From Octopus vulgaris (Eukaryota): a stretch of 64,000 bases of DNA. The position numbers and the translations under genes are program-made. Below the pieces are notes generated by a model. It did no database searches. It was not told the DNA's origin and was given only the letters and a program-made list of their open reading frames with translations. Location: contig OX597820.1 of the NCBI GenBank assembly GCA_951406725.2, positions 1,860,001 to 1,924,000 on the forward strand, written 5' to 3'. The first letter of the stretch is position 1. Each line of letters begins with the position of its first letter. Positions 52,101 to 64,000 of the stretch are shown here, one piece after another.

Positions 52101-52136
52101 TAGTACCGGTTTCAGTCATTGAGACTTTTTCAACAA
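52101..52136 (-). ncRNA. Second copy of the U3-A8 hammerhead motif
   Basis: UUGAAAA-AGUC(ucaau)GACU-GAAA-CCGGUA; the downstream flank is homologous to 13892-13947; stem I is weak. Confidence 0.5.
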
Positions 52137-52365
52137 TTAAATTGTGGGAAAATTAAATGAAATGCCTTTAAAAAAATATATATTTCCATAGTTTTTAACA
52201 GCAAGGGACATTTTCCATTTTTCTGCCTGTCTCTCTTTTTCCCCCTTGTGGATTCAAAGTAGTTAGCAGCAGAAAGTTCGATATGAATTCTTGTCTTTGA
52301 TTGTTTAAGCAGCAGCAGAGAAAGGAGGAGAAGTAGAAAAAAATATATATATATAAATACACTCA

Positions 52366-52399
<34 letters not shown>

Positions 52400-52430
52400 C
52401 TGCAAAGTATAATATTAAATATCCATTGCA

Positions 52431-52523
52431 CCTGGTCTTTACCAGTTGGTTTCGTGTAAAGAACCCAATGAAGTGTTAGGTAACAAACTGATTACACAAC
52501 TTTACACTCATCAGAATTAGCCA
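52431..52523 (-). ncRNA. Type I hammerhead ribozyme motif, extended stem II
   Basis: CUGAUGA-GUGUAAAG..CUUUACAC-GAAA-CCAACUGGUA; 8-bp stem II; stem III ACCA/UGGU; GUA triplet. Confidence 0.7.
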
Positions 52524-52602
52524 ATGGAATATTACAACCTGGGATGTTCAACAAAAAATATTCCAATACTACCAGAAAAAGTTACTATATTCCCTTCCAT
52601 AT

Positions 52603-52696
52603 TGGCTAACTCTGATGAGCGTAAAGTTATATAATCGGTTTGTTAACTAACACTCCATTGTATTCTTTACGCGAAACCGATTGATAAGACTAGCCA
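52603..52696 (+). ncRNA. Type I hammerhead ribozyme motif, extended stem II
   Basis: UGGCUAaCU-CUGAUGA-GCGUAAAG..CUUUACGC-GAAA-CCGAUUGAUA-AGacUAGCCA; stem I has an internal loop; stem III has one mismatch. Confidence 0.7.
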
Positions 52697-52803
52697 TGAC
52701 AGATATTTAATACTATCCTTTGCAGATAATATAGCCACTCTACTGACATACATACAGGTGCATCTCTTCCCTGACTTATGGTCTCTTAGATGACTCACAA
52801 AAG

Positions 52804-52839
<36 letters not shown>

Positions 52840-55330
52840 TATATGCCAAAATGCCTGATGCAGCCTGGATGGTTTGATAGGCACTGGCAAGCCAGAGGAC
52901 TACTTCAGACTCCAATATCTGCTTCGGCATGGTTTCTACAGCTGGACACCTCTCCTATACCAGCCACTTTACAGAGTGTACTGGGTGCCTTTTATATGGC
53001 ACCGGCATCAGTGAGGTCTCCAAGTAACTTATAAGATAAGGCCCCTCAATTAAGTGGAGAGTAATACGGATGGAGATGGCTTTGTCTCAGATGATGAGAG
53101 GTTAAAATATGATAGAGAGACAGGGAAAGGTGTCTTGCTGTAAAGGAGATACACGGTTACGTCAGTCGAGAAAGAGAGAAAGTGGTGGCGAAGAGGATGC
53201 CAAGGTGTACCCTTAAGATAAAGGTAAGTGAATAAAAGATGTACTTTGGGTGGGTAAGTTCATAGGGGTAGAGGGAAACGCAGGAAGTGCTGAAGATGGG
53301 TAGAGGCAAAGTCAACTGTGAATAGCATTTGCAAGGATTGAGGAAGTAGGGTTGGGTCATTGGGGGTTAATAGGAGGCAGCAAAGATGATGTGAAGGGTG
53401 TGAAGATGGTGTGCAAGAGAGATGCACAGTGCTAGGGATGAAGTCAGAGATACATGGGGGGGGGAATAATGGAAGATGGACAGACGAAGTGGGGGATGAA
53501 GGGCTGCTGTTGACAAAATGAGGGGTTGTAGAGTAGAGGGAAAAGTGAAAAGGGGGCATTTAACAGAATAAGGAGATTGTAGGACGGCACTGAAAGTGCA
53601 TGGCACTTGATTTGACTTCATGATGCACTTCCTGTAATATTTGTACAAAGCAAATTCCACCGAGGTCAACTTTGCCTTTCATCCTTTTGGGGTCGATAAA
53701 TTACGTACCAGTTGCGTACTGGGGTCATTCTAATCGACTGGCCCATCTCCCCCAAAATTTCAGGCCTTGCGGCTAGAATAGAAAAGAATATTTGTACAAA
53801 GCTATTTCTGAATAAGACTCTTTCATGCTCAGTCGTACGGTTGTCCTTAACCACATTTATCTTTTATATATTTCAGTCATTGGACTACGGCCATGCTGGG
53901 GCACTGTCATGAAGGGCTTAATCAAACAAATCAACACCAGTACTTTTAAGTACTTATTTTTCAGGCCTCTTTTAAGAAATTAAGTTATAGGGATGTAAAC
54001 AAACCAACACCAATTGTCAAGAGTTAGCGGGACAAACACAAAGGCATATATATTGATACACACACACACACATATTTATATATGTTGAGCTTCCACACAG
54101 TTTCTATTTACCAAATTCACTTACAATGTATTGGTCAGTCCAGGGCCATGGAAGACACTTACACAAGGTGTCATGCAATGGGACAGAACCTAAAACCATG
54201 TGATCGCAAAGTGAGCTTCTTAACCACACAGCTGTGCTTGCACCAAGAATGGGATCTGATTCTTTCCAAACCTCAAAAAGACATGTGTGATTAACTTCTT
54301 TCTAAGAATTTCCAATATTTTTTATTGTTTTAAGCAGGTCATCCAGCTGTAGAAACCATTCCAAAGCTGACACTGGAGCTTGGCGCAGCTCTGCGGGTCC
54401 CAGAAGCTGGCCAAATGCTACGGCCTTGCCTTGAAGAATTTTAGTCAAAAGAATCAACCATAGTATCCATTTTTTTAAAGCCTGGTACTTATTTTATCAG
54501 TGTCTTTTGCCGAACTGCTAAGTTACAGGAACATAAACACACGAACACTGGTTGTCAAGCAGTGGTGGGACACACGGACACACACACAATATATGTTTAC
54601 ACAATGGGCTTCTTTCAGTTTCCATCCACCAAATCCACTCAGAAGGCTTTGGTTGGCCCAAGACTATAGTTGAAAACACTTGACCAAGGTTCCATGCAGT
54701 AGGACTGAACCTGGAACCTTGTGGTTGGGAAGCTAACTTCTTGCCACAGAGCCATGCCTGCACCTAATGTTGCAATTTTTTTAGAATTCTTTGACAGACA
54801 TCAGTTATTGTAATCATCTGACTTGAAGATGACAGGCCAGGAATGGTCAATGAGGCCACCAGTGAGTAAAAAGATCCCGTGAAGAGCTGTTCTGTTAGAT
54901 TTCCATATAACATGCAATCAGGATTTGGAGACATTCACTCATAACTTACGAGTACCAGGTTCAATGATTTGGGTTCTCGTTTTATTTGATGAGATGAGTA
55001 AGAATCACAGGTGTTTTCCAAGTAACTTGTTTACAACAGAGTAATGTAAAATGAAGTGTTTTGCTTAAAAAAGAAAATGCACTGCTCAGTCCAGGAATTG
55101 AAACCACAACCTTAACCTTTAGCATGTTGTAAGATGCATCATGTTGCTGTATAAGCTTTCTCCCTTCTCAATGTGACACAATGACTCCTGCTGTTATAGG
55201 GGAGAGAACTCTCATAGTGACATGATGCATCTACAGCATGCTAAAGGTTAACCACTAGGCCACGTGCCTTCACACAGTGGTAATGGCAGTGGGGGGGGGC
55301 GATGGGGGTAAGAGAAAACGAACTACCAAC

Positions 55331-55498
55331 CTGTGTTTTCCGACCACATAGATCCAGTGTCACGCATAACAGCATAAGTCTTGTATTTGACACATTTGTT
55401 TTCTCCTTCCTCACAATCACCACTCTGGGGTTCAGTGAACTTATCCAAACAATCGGATGTCCCAAGGGTGGTACACATATGACAGGTCAGGGAAGAGG
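55331..55498 (-). CDS. Ly6 protein B, internal exon
   Basis: tttgcttttctgcag acceptor; SSLTCHMCTTLGTSDCLDKFTEPQSGDCEEGENKCVKYKTYAVMRDTGSMWSENT; GTTGGT donor; 168 nt, phase 1-1; with the last exon gives 10 Cys. Confidence 0.88.
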
Positions 55499-55598
55499 CT
55501 GCAGAAAAGCAAACATTTAAAAAGATAAAGAAATAAAAAGATTTAACAAAAACAGCAATCATATATTCTAACATATTCCAGTCCAAATGCAAAAAAAA

Positions 55599-55707
55599 AA
55601 GTGGGGGATGAAGGGCTGCTGTTGACAAAATGAGGGGTTGTAGAGTGGAGGGAAAAGTGAAAAGGGGGCATTTAACAGAATAAGGAGATTGTAGGACGGC
55701 ACTGAAA
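55599..55707 (+). repeat. Local direct duplicate of 53487-53595
   Basis: About 109 bp identical except one visible substitution; bounded by A-runs. Confidence 0.9.
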
Positions 55708-55722
55708 AAAAAAGGGGGTTAA

Positions 55723-55946
55723 CCCTTTCATTACTGTATTTCTGTTGAGATGCTGTGTGTTTCTTTCAATTAATTTTAAATATAACAAAAAGAGTTTATT
55801 AAAATAACTTCGTTATCATTAAGCCAGTGTTAGGAACATAAATTGTGACTAAGGTTTGGTGGAAGATTCTAATTAAAAACTTATGAAAACAAGACATTTG
55901 TACTACAGAGCCAGAGGTGGTTTCAGCTGGGTTGGTAATGAAAGGG
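55723..55946. mobile_element. piggyBac-type MITE (TTAA target site)
   Basis: TTAA-CCCTTTCATTAC..GTAATGAAAGGG-TTAA; related copies at about 57014-57199 and 57223-57451. Confidence 0.8.
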
Positions 55947-56189
55947 TTAAGTATGACAGTATGCTTAAGAAGGTCATTTTGTAATTTTAAATGTGAGCCA
56001 ATGCTGGAGCATTGATATGGTTGTTAAGCCAGAGTCAGGTGAAATAAATATCAGAGATGCTTTGTCCAACACAGAAATCACAAGAGCTACATAGAGGTTT
56101 TGCAAACTCTGAGTAGCTCCATTGCAATGCTGGAGACCCATCTTTATTATCAGCAGGTATTTCAGGGTCACAATCATGTCAGCCCTTAT

Positions 56190-56555
56190 CCTATACACTT
56201 GAGTGAGGTAGTGAGGAGGGAGCTAGTCTTCACCAGCACAAGGGTTCCACTTGGGGTTTCTTATCAACCATAGTCATCTTTTAGTTAGTTTGAGCTGCCA
56301 TTCCTATTTCCTTGATGGCTTTCTTCAGTTGTCTGGGTTCCAGACCTATCTTCTGCAGGAAATAGTGCACAGATGTAGATGGAAAGTTGTGACTTAAATG
56401 GGAAATGTGGCCCTTGAAAAGAGCCTCATCAAGTAGGTCCTGATATTTGGATTTCTCTACTTGGTAAGATATATCAAGTCTCCCAGGGGCACTGAAAGCT
56501 TAACCACAATGATTGTTTTTGTATTCCTGGAGAGCAGGAACATGTCTGGTCAGAA
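56190..56555 (-). mobile_element. Degenerate 3' end of an REL-endonuclease LINE (NeSL/Hero-like)
   Basis: PDMFLLSRNTKTIIVVKLSVP..KSKYQDL..FPSTSVHYFLQKIGL remnants. Confidence 0.5.
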
Positions 56556-58239
56556 TAATGTTACCATTATAGAAATAACAGCCAAATCTCCCTTACACTG
56601 TACCCTATTACCTTAAAAAAGAAAAAGGAAGGGCACACTGCCTAAAGTAGTTTTGGTATGGCTGAAATGCCTTTGGTAATGGGTTTCCTTGAACAGGATT
56701 GGTTTGGAGATAAACAACAACAATGACTTCATAATAGTGGCATTTCATCTGTCTTAAAGATGTTCTGAGTTCAAATTCTGCCAAGGGTGACTTCATCTTT
56801 CATCCTTTCTAGATTAATCTTTTTTAGTCAAGCATTGGGGTCAATGAAATATATGTGTGTGTGTGTTACAATGAAATTTTATACAGAGTTTCCCAAGTTT
56901 TCGCATCCACAAAGCCAAAGCCTTGCAGACAGCTCATCAGACTCTAAATGAATACAAAATTCAAAGAAATTTGGTAAGAAAAGGGTTAAAATATATAAAA
57001 GAGAAACAATTCTCAACCCTTTCAATACCAACCTAGCTGTAACCACCCCTAAAATAACTTCATTATCCTTAAGCTAGTGTTAGGAACATAAATTGTGAGT
57101 AACGTTTAGTGGAAGATTTTAATTCAAAACTTATGAAAACAAGACATTTGTACTCAGAACCAGAGGTAGTTTCAGCCGAGTTGGTATTGAAAGGGTTAAG
57201 AATTGTCACTCTATTATATATTTTAACCCTTTTCTTCCCATATTTCTGTTGAGATGATCTGTGTTTCTTTCAATTAATTTTAAATATAACAAAGAATTTA
57301 GTAAAATAACTTCGTTATCATTAAGCTAATGTTAGGAACATAAATTGTGACTAAGGTTTGGTGGAAGATTTTAATTCAGAACTTATGAAAACAAGACATT
57401 TGTACTACAGAGCCAGAGGCAGTTTCAGCTGGGTTGGTATCGAAAGGTTAAATTGGTGATCATCATTTAGGAAGAATCTTCGTTGACCTGATTCTGTTAG
57501 AATTATTAATTTATAATAATACCATTTAATCAATAGGCATTATCTTTTCTCCTCATAATCTCTAATCTCTCCAAATGCTTTTCCTCTCTCTTCACTATTC
57601 TTTTTTTTCTTTGAACTTTTGACTTGTTTCAGTCATTAGATTGTGGCCATGCTGGAGCACTGCCTTGAAGAATTTTAGTCAGATAAATCAGCTCCAGTAG
57701 TCATTCTTTAAAACCTGGCACTTATTCCATCGATATCTTATGTCAAACTGCTAAGTCACTGAGGGGAAAACACACCACACCAGCAGCGTAGAGGGGGACA
57801 AACACTGACACACACACATTATATATATATATATATAGGCGCAGAAGTGGCTGTGTGGTAAGTTGCTTGCTTACCAACCACATGGTTCCGGGTTCAGTCC
57901 CACTGAGTGGCACCTTGGGCAAGTGCCTTGTGAGTGGATTTGGTAGACAGAAACTGAAAGAAGCCTGTCGTATATATTATATATATATATGTGTGTGTGT
58001 GTGTGTTTGTCCCACCTCCAACATCAACTGACATCTGATGCTGGTGTGTTTATGTCCCCGTAACTTAGTGGTTCAGCAAAAAGAAACCGATAGAATGTGG
58101 GTCGATTTGCTGGACTAAAGTTGGTGCTCCAGCATGGCTGCAGTCAAATGACTGAAACAAGTGAAAGAAAAAAATAAAGAATAAAAGAAAAGAATATATA
58201 CAAACTATATAATTATATAAAGGAACAGGAGAAAATCCT

Positions 58240-58705
58240 GCTCCAACATGTGGTAAGAATTATGCCAAAACATGTTATAAAACCACCTTTAGTTCCTGCA
58301 AAAATACAGGTTGTGGACGAGAAAATGGAAAATTGAAAATAAAACTCCAGTCAATTGTGTGTTGGTCCAGTTTCGAGATAAAAACAGTAAAATAGTTTAT
58401 TTCTCATCCTCAGCACAAAAAATTTGACTTTATTTTGAAGCAAAAGTGCAGATATTTGCGCATAATCATAGGAATTTGTTTCCTGGGGGTATGTATAAAA
58501 TATTTGTGACTATGTTTCTTTGAATATTGTGCTGAGGATGAGAAATAAACTATTTTACTGTTTTAATCTCAAAACTGGACCAACACACAATTGACTGGAG
58601 TTTCATTTTGAATTTTCCATCTTCTCGTCCACAACCTGTATTTTTGCAGGCACTAAAGTTGGTTTTATAACATGTTTTGGCATATTCTTACCACATGTTG
58701 GAGCT
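58240..58705. repeat. Inverted repeat with about 180-bp arms, each carrying a degenerate hammerhead-like motif
   Basis: 58240-58418 is inverted relative to 58527-58705; UUGUG-CUGAGGA-U-GAGA..UCUC-(G/A)AAA-CUGGAC. Confidence 0.8.
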
Positions 58706-61700
58706 TATATAATTATATAATTTATATATATAATTATTATTTTAGTATAATTTAACTACAAGGTTTTAAAGCACATTGATCACTTGATATTATCCTTCAC
58801 ATGATTTAAAACAATGACTTGAGATGTTTGCCTTGCCTTAATGTTTGACATCTTGTTTAACAATTCTATATCCGCCTCACCGGAAATCTGCAATGGCTCC
58901 ATAACTACCATTTCGGCCGTAACCTTGGAGCCCGAGTAATCCGTTACAACACTTACCTAGCATACCTAATCGTTTAGATCACCAGTGAACTAAAGCCCCA
59001 TACTTTGTGTGTGTGTGTGTGTGTGTATGTATGATGGGCATCTTCCAGTTTCTGTCAACCAAATCCACTCACAAGGCTTTGGTTAGCCCAAGGCCATAGT
59101 AGAAGACACCTGCCCCAGGTGCCACGCTGTTGGACTGAACCTAGTACCATGTGGTTGGGAAGCAAGCTACTTACCACACAGCCACGCCTACATATATTTA
59201 TGTATATGTATATATATGTGATAGGCTTGTGTATAGCTTCCATCAGCCAATTCCTCCTGCAAGCCATTGACCAGTTCAAGCCTGTAATAGAAGACACTCA
59301 TTCATGCTGTCATGCAGAGGGAATGAACCTGAAACCACAGTGTTGTGAACTGAACTTCTTACATACACAACCATGCTTATGACTAGGAAAAATTCTGAAG
59401 CTCTCTACTAATCAAAAAGCCTGAAATTAAGTGGGCAGTACCATTGTTCAGTGATAGTTTGGCTTTGGAAATAATGGCACTGATTCTGTGACTGGAAACA
59501 AACACTCAGAGCCAAACTGAAATAAAGAATCACCCAACGGCAGGAATATGAAGCACGGCATTCTTTAGTCTAGTGTAGTCAGCATTCTTTTGAGAAGCTC
59601 CCATCAAACCTTTGATTTCTCAAAGCTGAGATTCCATTTTGGTTTTCAAACAGTGATTTGTGTAGAAGAATGCAAATCTGTATTTGAAGCATTAATTCCA
59701 GATATTTGTCAGACACCAATACCATTTCAGGAAATTTCTTAAACCAGAAGATGATTTCTTAGAGAGAAAAAGGTTATGTTTAATGTTGTGTTAAACTGAT
59801 AAGAAGTAAAATGGTTATATTGTGGTTACAGAAAATTCTGAGAGATACAAAGAACAAAGCTAGAATACTGAAGACAATACACTGTGATAAAGTGAAGAAT
59901 CTTTATTTTGGTGACTGCTACAGCTATGGGCAAAGATTTTGAATCTGTGAATGCAAAGTTTCATGAGGTGGTGAAACGGCCAAATTGTTAGCATATTGGA
60001 CAACATTCTTAGTGACATTTCTTCCAACTCTTTATGTTCTGAGTTCAAATAATGCTGAGGTCAACCTTGCTTTTCATCCTTTCAAGGTTGATAAAATAAA
60101 ATAGCACTCAAGTTCTGGGGTCAATGTAATCGACTCATCCCCTCCCATCTGAAACTCCTGGTCTTGAACCCTGTAACAGACTGGCATCCAGATCTCAGTT
60201 ACTTACATGCCATGGGAACCAGGTAAATGGCCTTATGGATCCAAGGGCTAAATAAAAACATGGTGTTTCAGTTCTTTTACAGTGAGTTTCTGAATTGTAT
60301 AAAGAAGCAAAATCATTGAAAAAAAAACTCTGCATAATAGAAGTTAATGATATGGGTTTAAAAACTTTGACACAAGGCCAGTAAGTCTGAGGGAGGGAAT
60401 AAGTTGGTTACATTGACCCCAATATGCAACAGGTACTTATTTTAGTGACCCCTAAAAGAATGAAAGGCAAAGTCAGCCTCGGTGGAATGTGAACGTAGAA
60501 GTCTATAATATTGAAAAGATGGGGTCTGGAGTCAGGTTGAACCCTTCAGCATCTTTCGAATGACATTGTGAGGTCTTTCATGAGTGCTACTGGTAACATG
60601 AAATCCAATACAACCTGTTGCTTGGTCGGATTGTTGATGACTAAACTGGTGCCCCACTAGGGTTGGTAGAAACACAGCAGGACTAAAAACAAAACTTATC
60701 AAAGGACCTCGTGTAGGTTTAATGACTATCTAGCAATATCATAAACCCTCAGAAATTCTGGGTTGGTGTCTAGTGTGCTGGAAAGCCACTGGGCATGGGG
60801 CACCCTTCAGCTTTTGTTAAAGCATGTCTTTAGAACCTGCTTCAAACACAGGTTATGTTTGCTCCAATAATTGGTGGTGACTTGGTCAGTGAATTCTCTG
60901 TGGTGGTCGACAATCAATGCCAAGATGAGTTGCAACAGATCATACTACCCCAAAGTCTGTGTGACTGGGGACCACATGTGAACTTGTATTCCCACTGAAA
61001 CTACAAAGATTTGCTTGGCACCACCTCAACCCACCTTGGAAGAATGCCTTCACAAATAGTGAATACAACAATCACTGATGTTGCAAATAGCTGCTCAGCT
61101 GAATAAAAATCTGGTATATGCCAGTGAAGCTGTATTTAATTAAAATAGCCATCTATGCATCATACACAATGTATACACACTATTGATAGGTCATATTGTG
61201 ATATGAAAATGGGTGCTGTAATTAGTTGCCAGTTATATATTATATTTCATAATTAACCACATTTATGGAGTTACAATTTGAGAGTATTTAATGGTAGAAT
61301 TAGGCTGATGTTGCACTCATGATTGCAGGATCATGGTTTCAATTCCCAGAACAGCAATGTGTCATGGTCCTTGAACAAAACCATTTTACATTGCCCCAGT
61401 CCACTCATCTGCAAATGAGGTGACTCTATGACATATGTCCCATTTAGGGGAAGGTTCTGAACAATTCTTTCTGATTTTGGTGCAAGGCCTGCATTAATGA
61501 AGTGAGTGGGAAAGTCAGTTTCATCAACCCCCAATATCCAACTGGTATCTATTTTCATTGACCCTGAAAGGATGAAAGATAAAGTTGACCTCAACAGAAT
61601 TTGAACTTAGAATGTAATGAATCAGAAGAACTTCAGCAAAGAATCTTTTCCAACTCTTGTGTATGAGACAGTTGGGATGGAGAGTACGAGCAGCGAAGTA

Positions 61701-63707
61701 CGGAGAAGGAGGCGGAAGTACATTGGCCACATTATAAGAGTCCAAGACTGTATTGCAGTCATGGTATGGCACCGGAAGGAAGGAGGAAGAGCCAAGAACA
61801 TTTGGGGAAGAACTATTGGAAAAGAGAGGGACAGGCTGGCAGATGGAAAAGAGAGAACCAGGTGCAAACGACAGCCATCACCTGGGCAACCTGGAGAGAA
61901 AGGAAGCTTCAGGTGCTGTCTGGCATGAAGTGGGAAGAAGGTGGAGATGTATGTTCACCACAACCCATCAGGTATGAAACTAAGACGTAATTAGGTTTCT
62001 TTTCAAGACATTGATTGATTGATGTTAATTTTGTTACATTTTTTTATAGACATAAATGTGGTAAATGGCTTGCTTACGAACCACATGGTTCTGGTTTCAG
62101 TCCCACTACGAGGCAACTTGGGCAAGTGTCTTTTACTATAGCCTCAGGCCAACCAAAGCCTTGTGAGTGGATTTGCTAGACGGAAACTGAAAGAAGCCCG
62201 TCATACATATGTATATGTATGTATGCGTGTGTATATGTTTGTGTGTCTGTGTTTGTCCCTCCAACATCACTTGACAACCGATGCTAGTGTGTTTACGTCC
62301 CCATAACTTAGTGGTTCGGCAAAAAAGACAGATAGAATAGGTACTAGGCTTACAAAAAATAAGTCCTTGTGTCGATTTGCTTGACTAAAGTTGGTGTTCC
62401 AGCATGGCTGCAGTCACATGACTGAAACAAGTAAAAGAGTTTCATCTTTTACTTGTTTCAGTCATTAGACTACGGCCATGCTGGAGCACTGCCTTGAAGA
62501 GGTTTTTAGTTGAACGAATCGACCCCACTACTTATATTTTTACTTGAAGTCGGGAACTTATTTTATCAGCCTCTTTTGTCAAACTGCTAGGTTACTGGGA
62601 CGTAAAGACACCAACACCGATTAAGTGGTGGTGAGACCACTAGCGTAGCTAGAGTATGTGCTGCCCGGGGCGGCCCCTGAACCCCACAAAAAACACATAT
62701 TGCCAACAGCAGACCCAAAAATGGTGCCCCTTTAAAAGCGCTCACACCCTCAGGGGTGGACGGCTTCTGTCCACCCACTACACTTGTGGGTAGGAAACAC
62801 ACACACACATATCTACGACGGTCTTCCTTCAGTCTGCGTCCACCAAATCCACTCACAAGGCTTTGATCAACTTGAGGCTATGGTAGAAAAGACTTACCCA
62901 AGGTGCCAAGCAGTGGGATTGAACTTGCAAACATGTGGTTGAGAAGTAAACTTCTTCCACGCCTGTACCTCGTAGAGTAGTATTTTTAATAAACTCTACT
63001 TTTGGTATCTACCATGCATTGCAGTATTTTATAAACAACTTTGATGTACGGCCATTGTTTTTCTTTTTCGTTTTTGCCAATGTTTGGCTAGAAACGTCTG
63101 CGACTCTGGCAATCCTGATCTTCCGATTCAGAAACCAAAACTTAACCGGAAAGACACAGAAGTTATGAGTCAAGCAAGCAGCAGCATTTGAATTTGCTCC
63201 TTCTGTCAGCCTATAATGAAGAAGAGGAAGTTAACTCATAAATACCTAAGTAGCTCGACTGGGTCAACACTCGTGTCCGATATATAAGTTAACGGCATTA
63301 AACGACGAGTAACCTTTAGAAAGATTTTATCGCTTTTAATGGATACAACGTAATTAAATGTTGGGCAGAGTTCGTCAGTTTTTGCTTAGAGGAGGGGAAA
63401 TTATAATAACAGTTAGCTAAAACATGTTGAGTTTCATTTCAAAAACATTTGTTCGATTTCGTTGTAAGATACTCCTTCAATCGAAAAAGTTCTTGTTGCG
63501 ACAAAATAAATAAATCTATGAAAGAATTTTTAAAAGGTGACAAAGAATATTTTACGTTGTTAAAAATATTTTTGCCATTTGTTGTATCTCCACAACAGAT
63601 GAAAATAAACGATACCTCAACCGACTTTATTTACAAACGAATTATAAGTAAAATTTCTTTCATTCTAGATAAATTTTATGATCGCTTTAAGGTCTCATCT
63701 CTCTCTC

Positions 63708-63764
<57 letters not shown>

Positions 63765-63988
63765 GCGCGCACACACAAAGACGTCTTCCGTTTAAGTGGG
63801 ATCGATATTTGTCTTCTTTTTCACATAAACACTCTTCTGAATTCAAATTTACGTTAGAAAACAAGGTTCAATCTTACCATATTAATTAATACTCACACAC
63901 ATCATATCACTTCACAAGGTTATAGCAACTTTCAATATATTAGTTAATCTACGTTTCACCAAATAAAGTATAATCTAGGTTATAAATA

Positions 63989-64000
63989 ACTCACCTCTGT
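63989..64000 (-). other. Candidate 5' splice site ending the signal-peptide exon of Ly6 gene B
   Basis: Minus strand ACAGAG|GTGAGT at the window edge; a phase-1 G would join CC of the next exon as Ala. Only 6 exonic nt are visible. Confidence 0.35.

Noticed and set aside
58945-59005. Minus-strand GTAAGT donor as gene B exon 1
   Set aside because: Upstream sequence has no ATG-led hydrophobic signal peptide.

Overview
AT-rich, repeat-dense eukaryotic genomic DNA. The SINE, RTE and microsatellite families point to a coleoid cephalopod, most likely Octopus (inference). Host genes: two convergent multi-exon genes for GPI-anchored 10-Cys Ly6/uPAR (three-finger, quiver/sleepless-like) proteins. One is complete on + (20308-28854, 154 aa); the other is on - (50913-55498) with its signal-peptide exon probably at or beyond the window end. 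There is also an isolated TIM50 exon (17510-17629) whose 5' splice site reads CT instead of GT. The first 15 kb is a retroelement pile-up: Dong/R4-like REL LINEs in (AAT)n, CR1-like LINEs, Gypsy and Penelope. The rest carries RTE 3' ends, tRNA-derived SINEs, Helitron-like elements, mariner and piggyBac-like MITEs, and two 22-bp minisatellites. The most notable unexplained signal is a set of about a dozen type I hammerhead-ribozyme-like motifs from several unrelated short non-coding Penelope-like repeats. Many sit in inverted pairs, and some show compensatory base changes (a U3-A8 core and stem II covariation). Most long ORFs in the supplied track are microsatellite artefacts.
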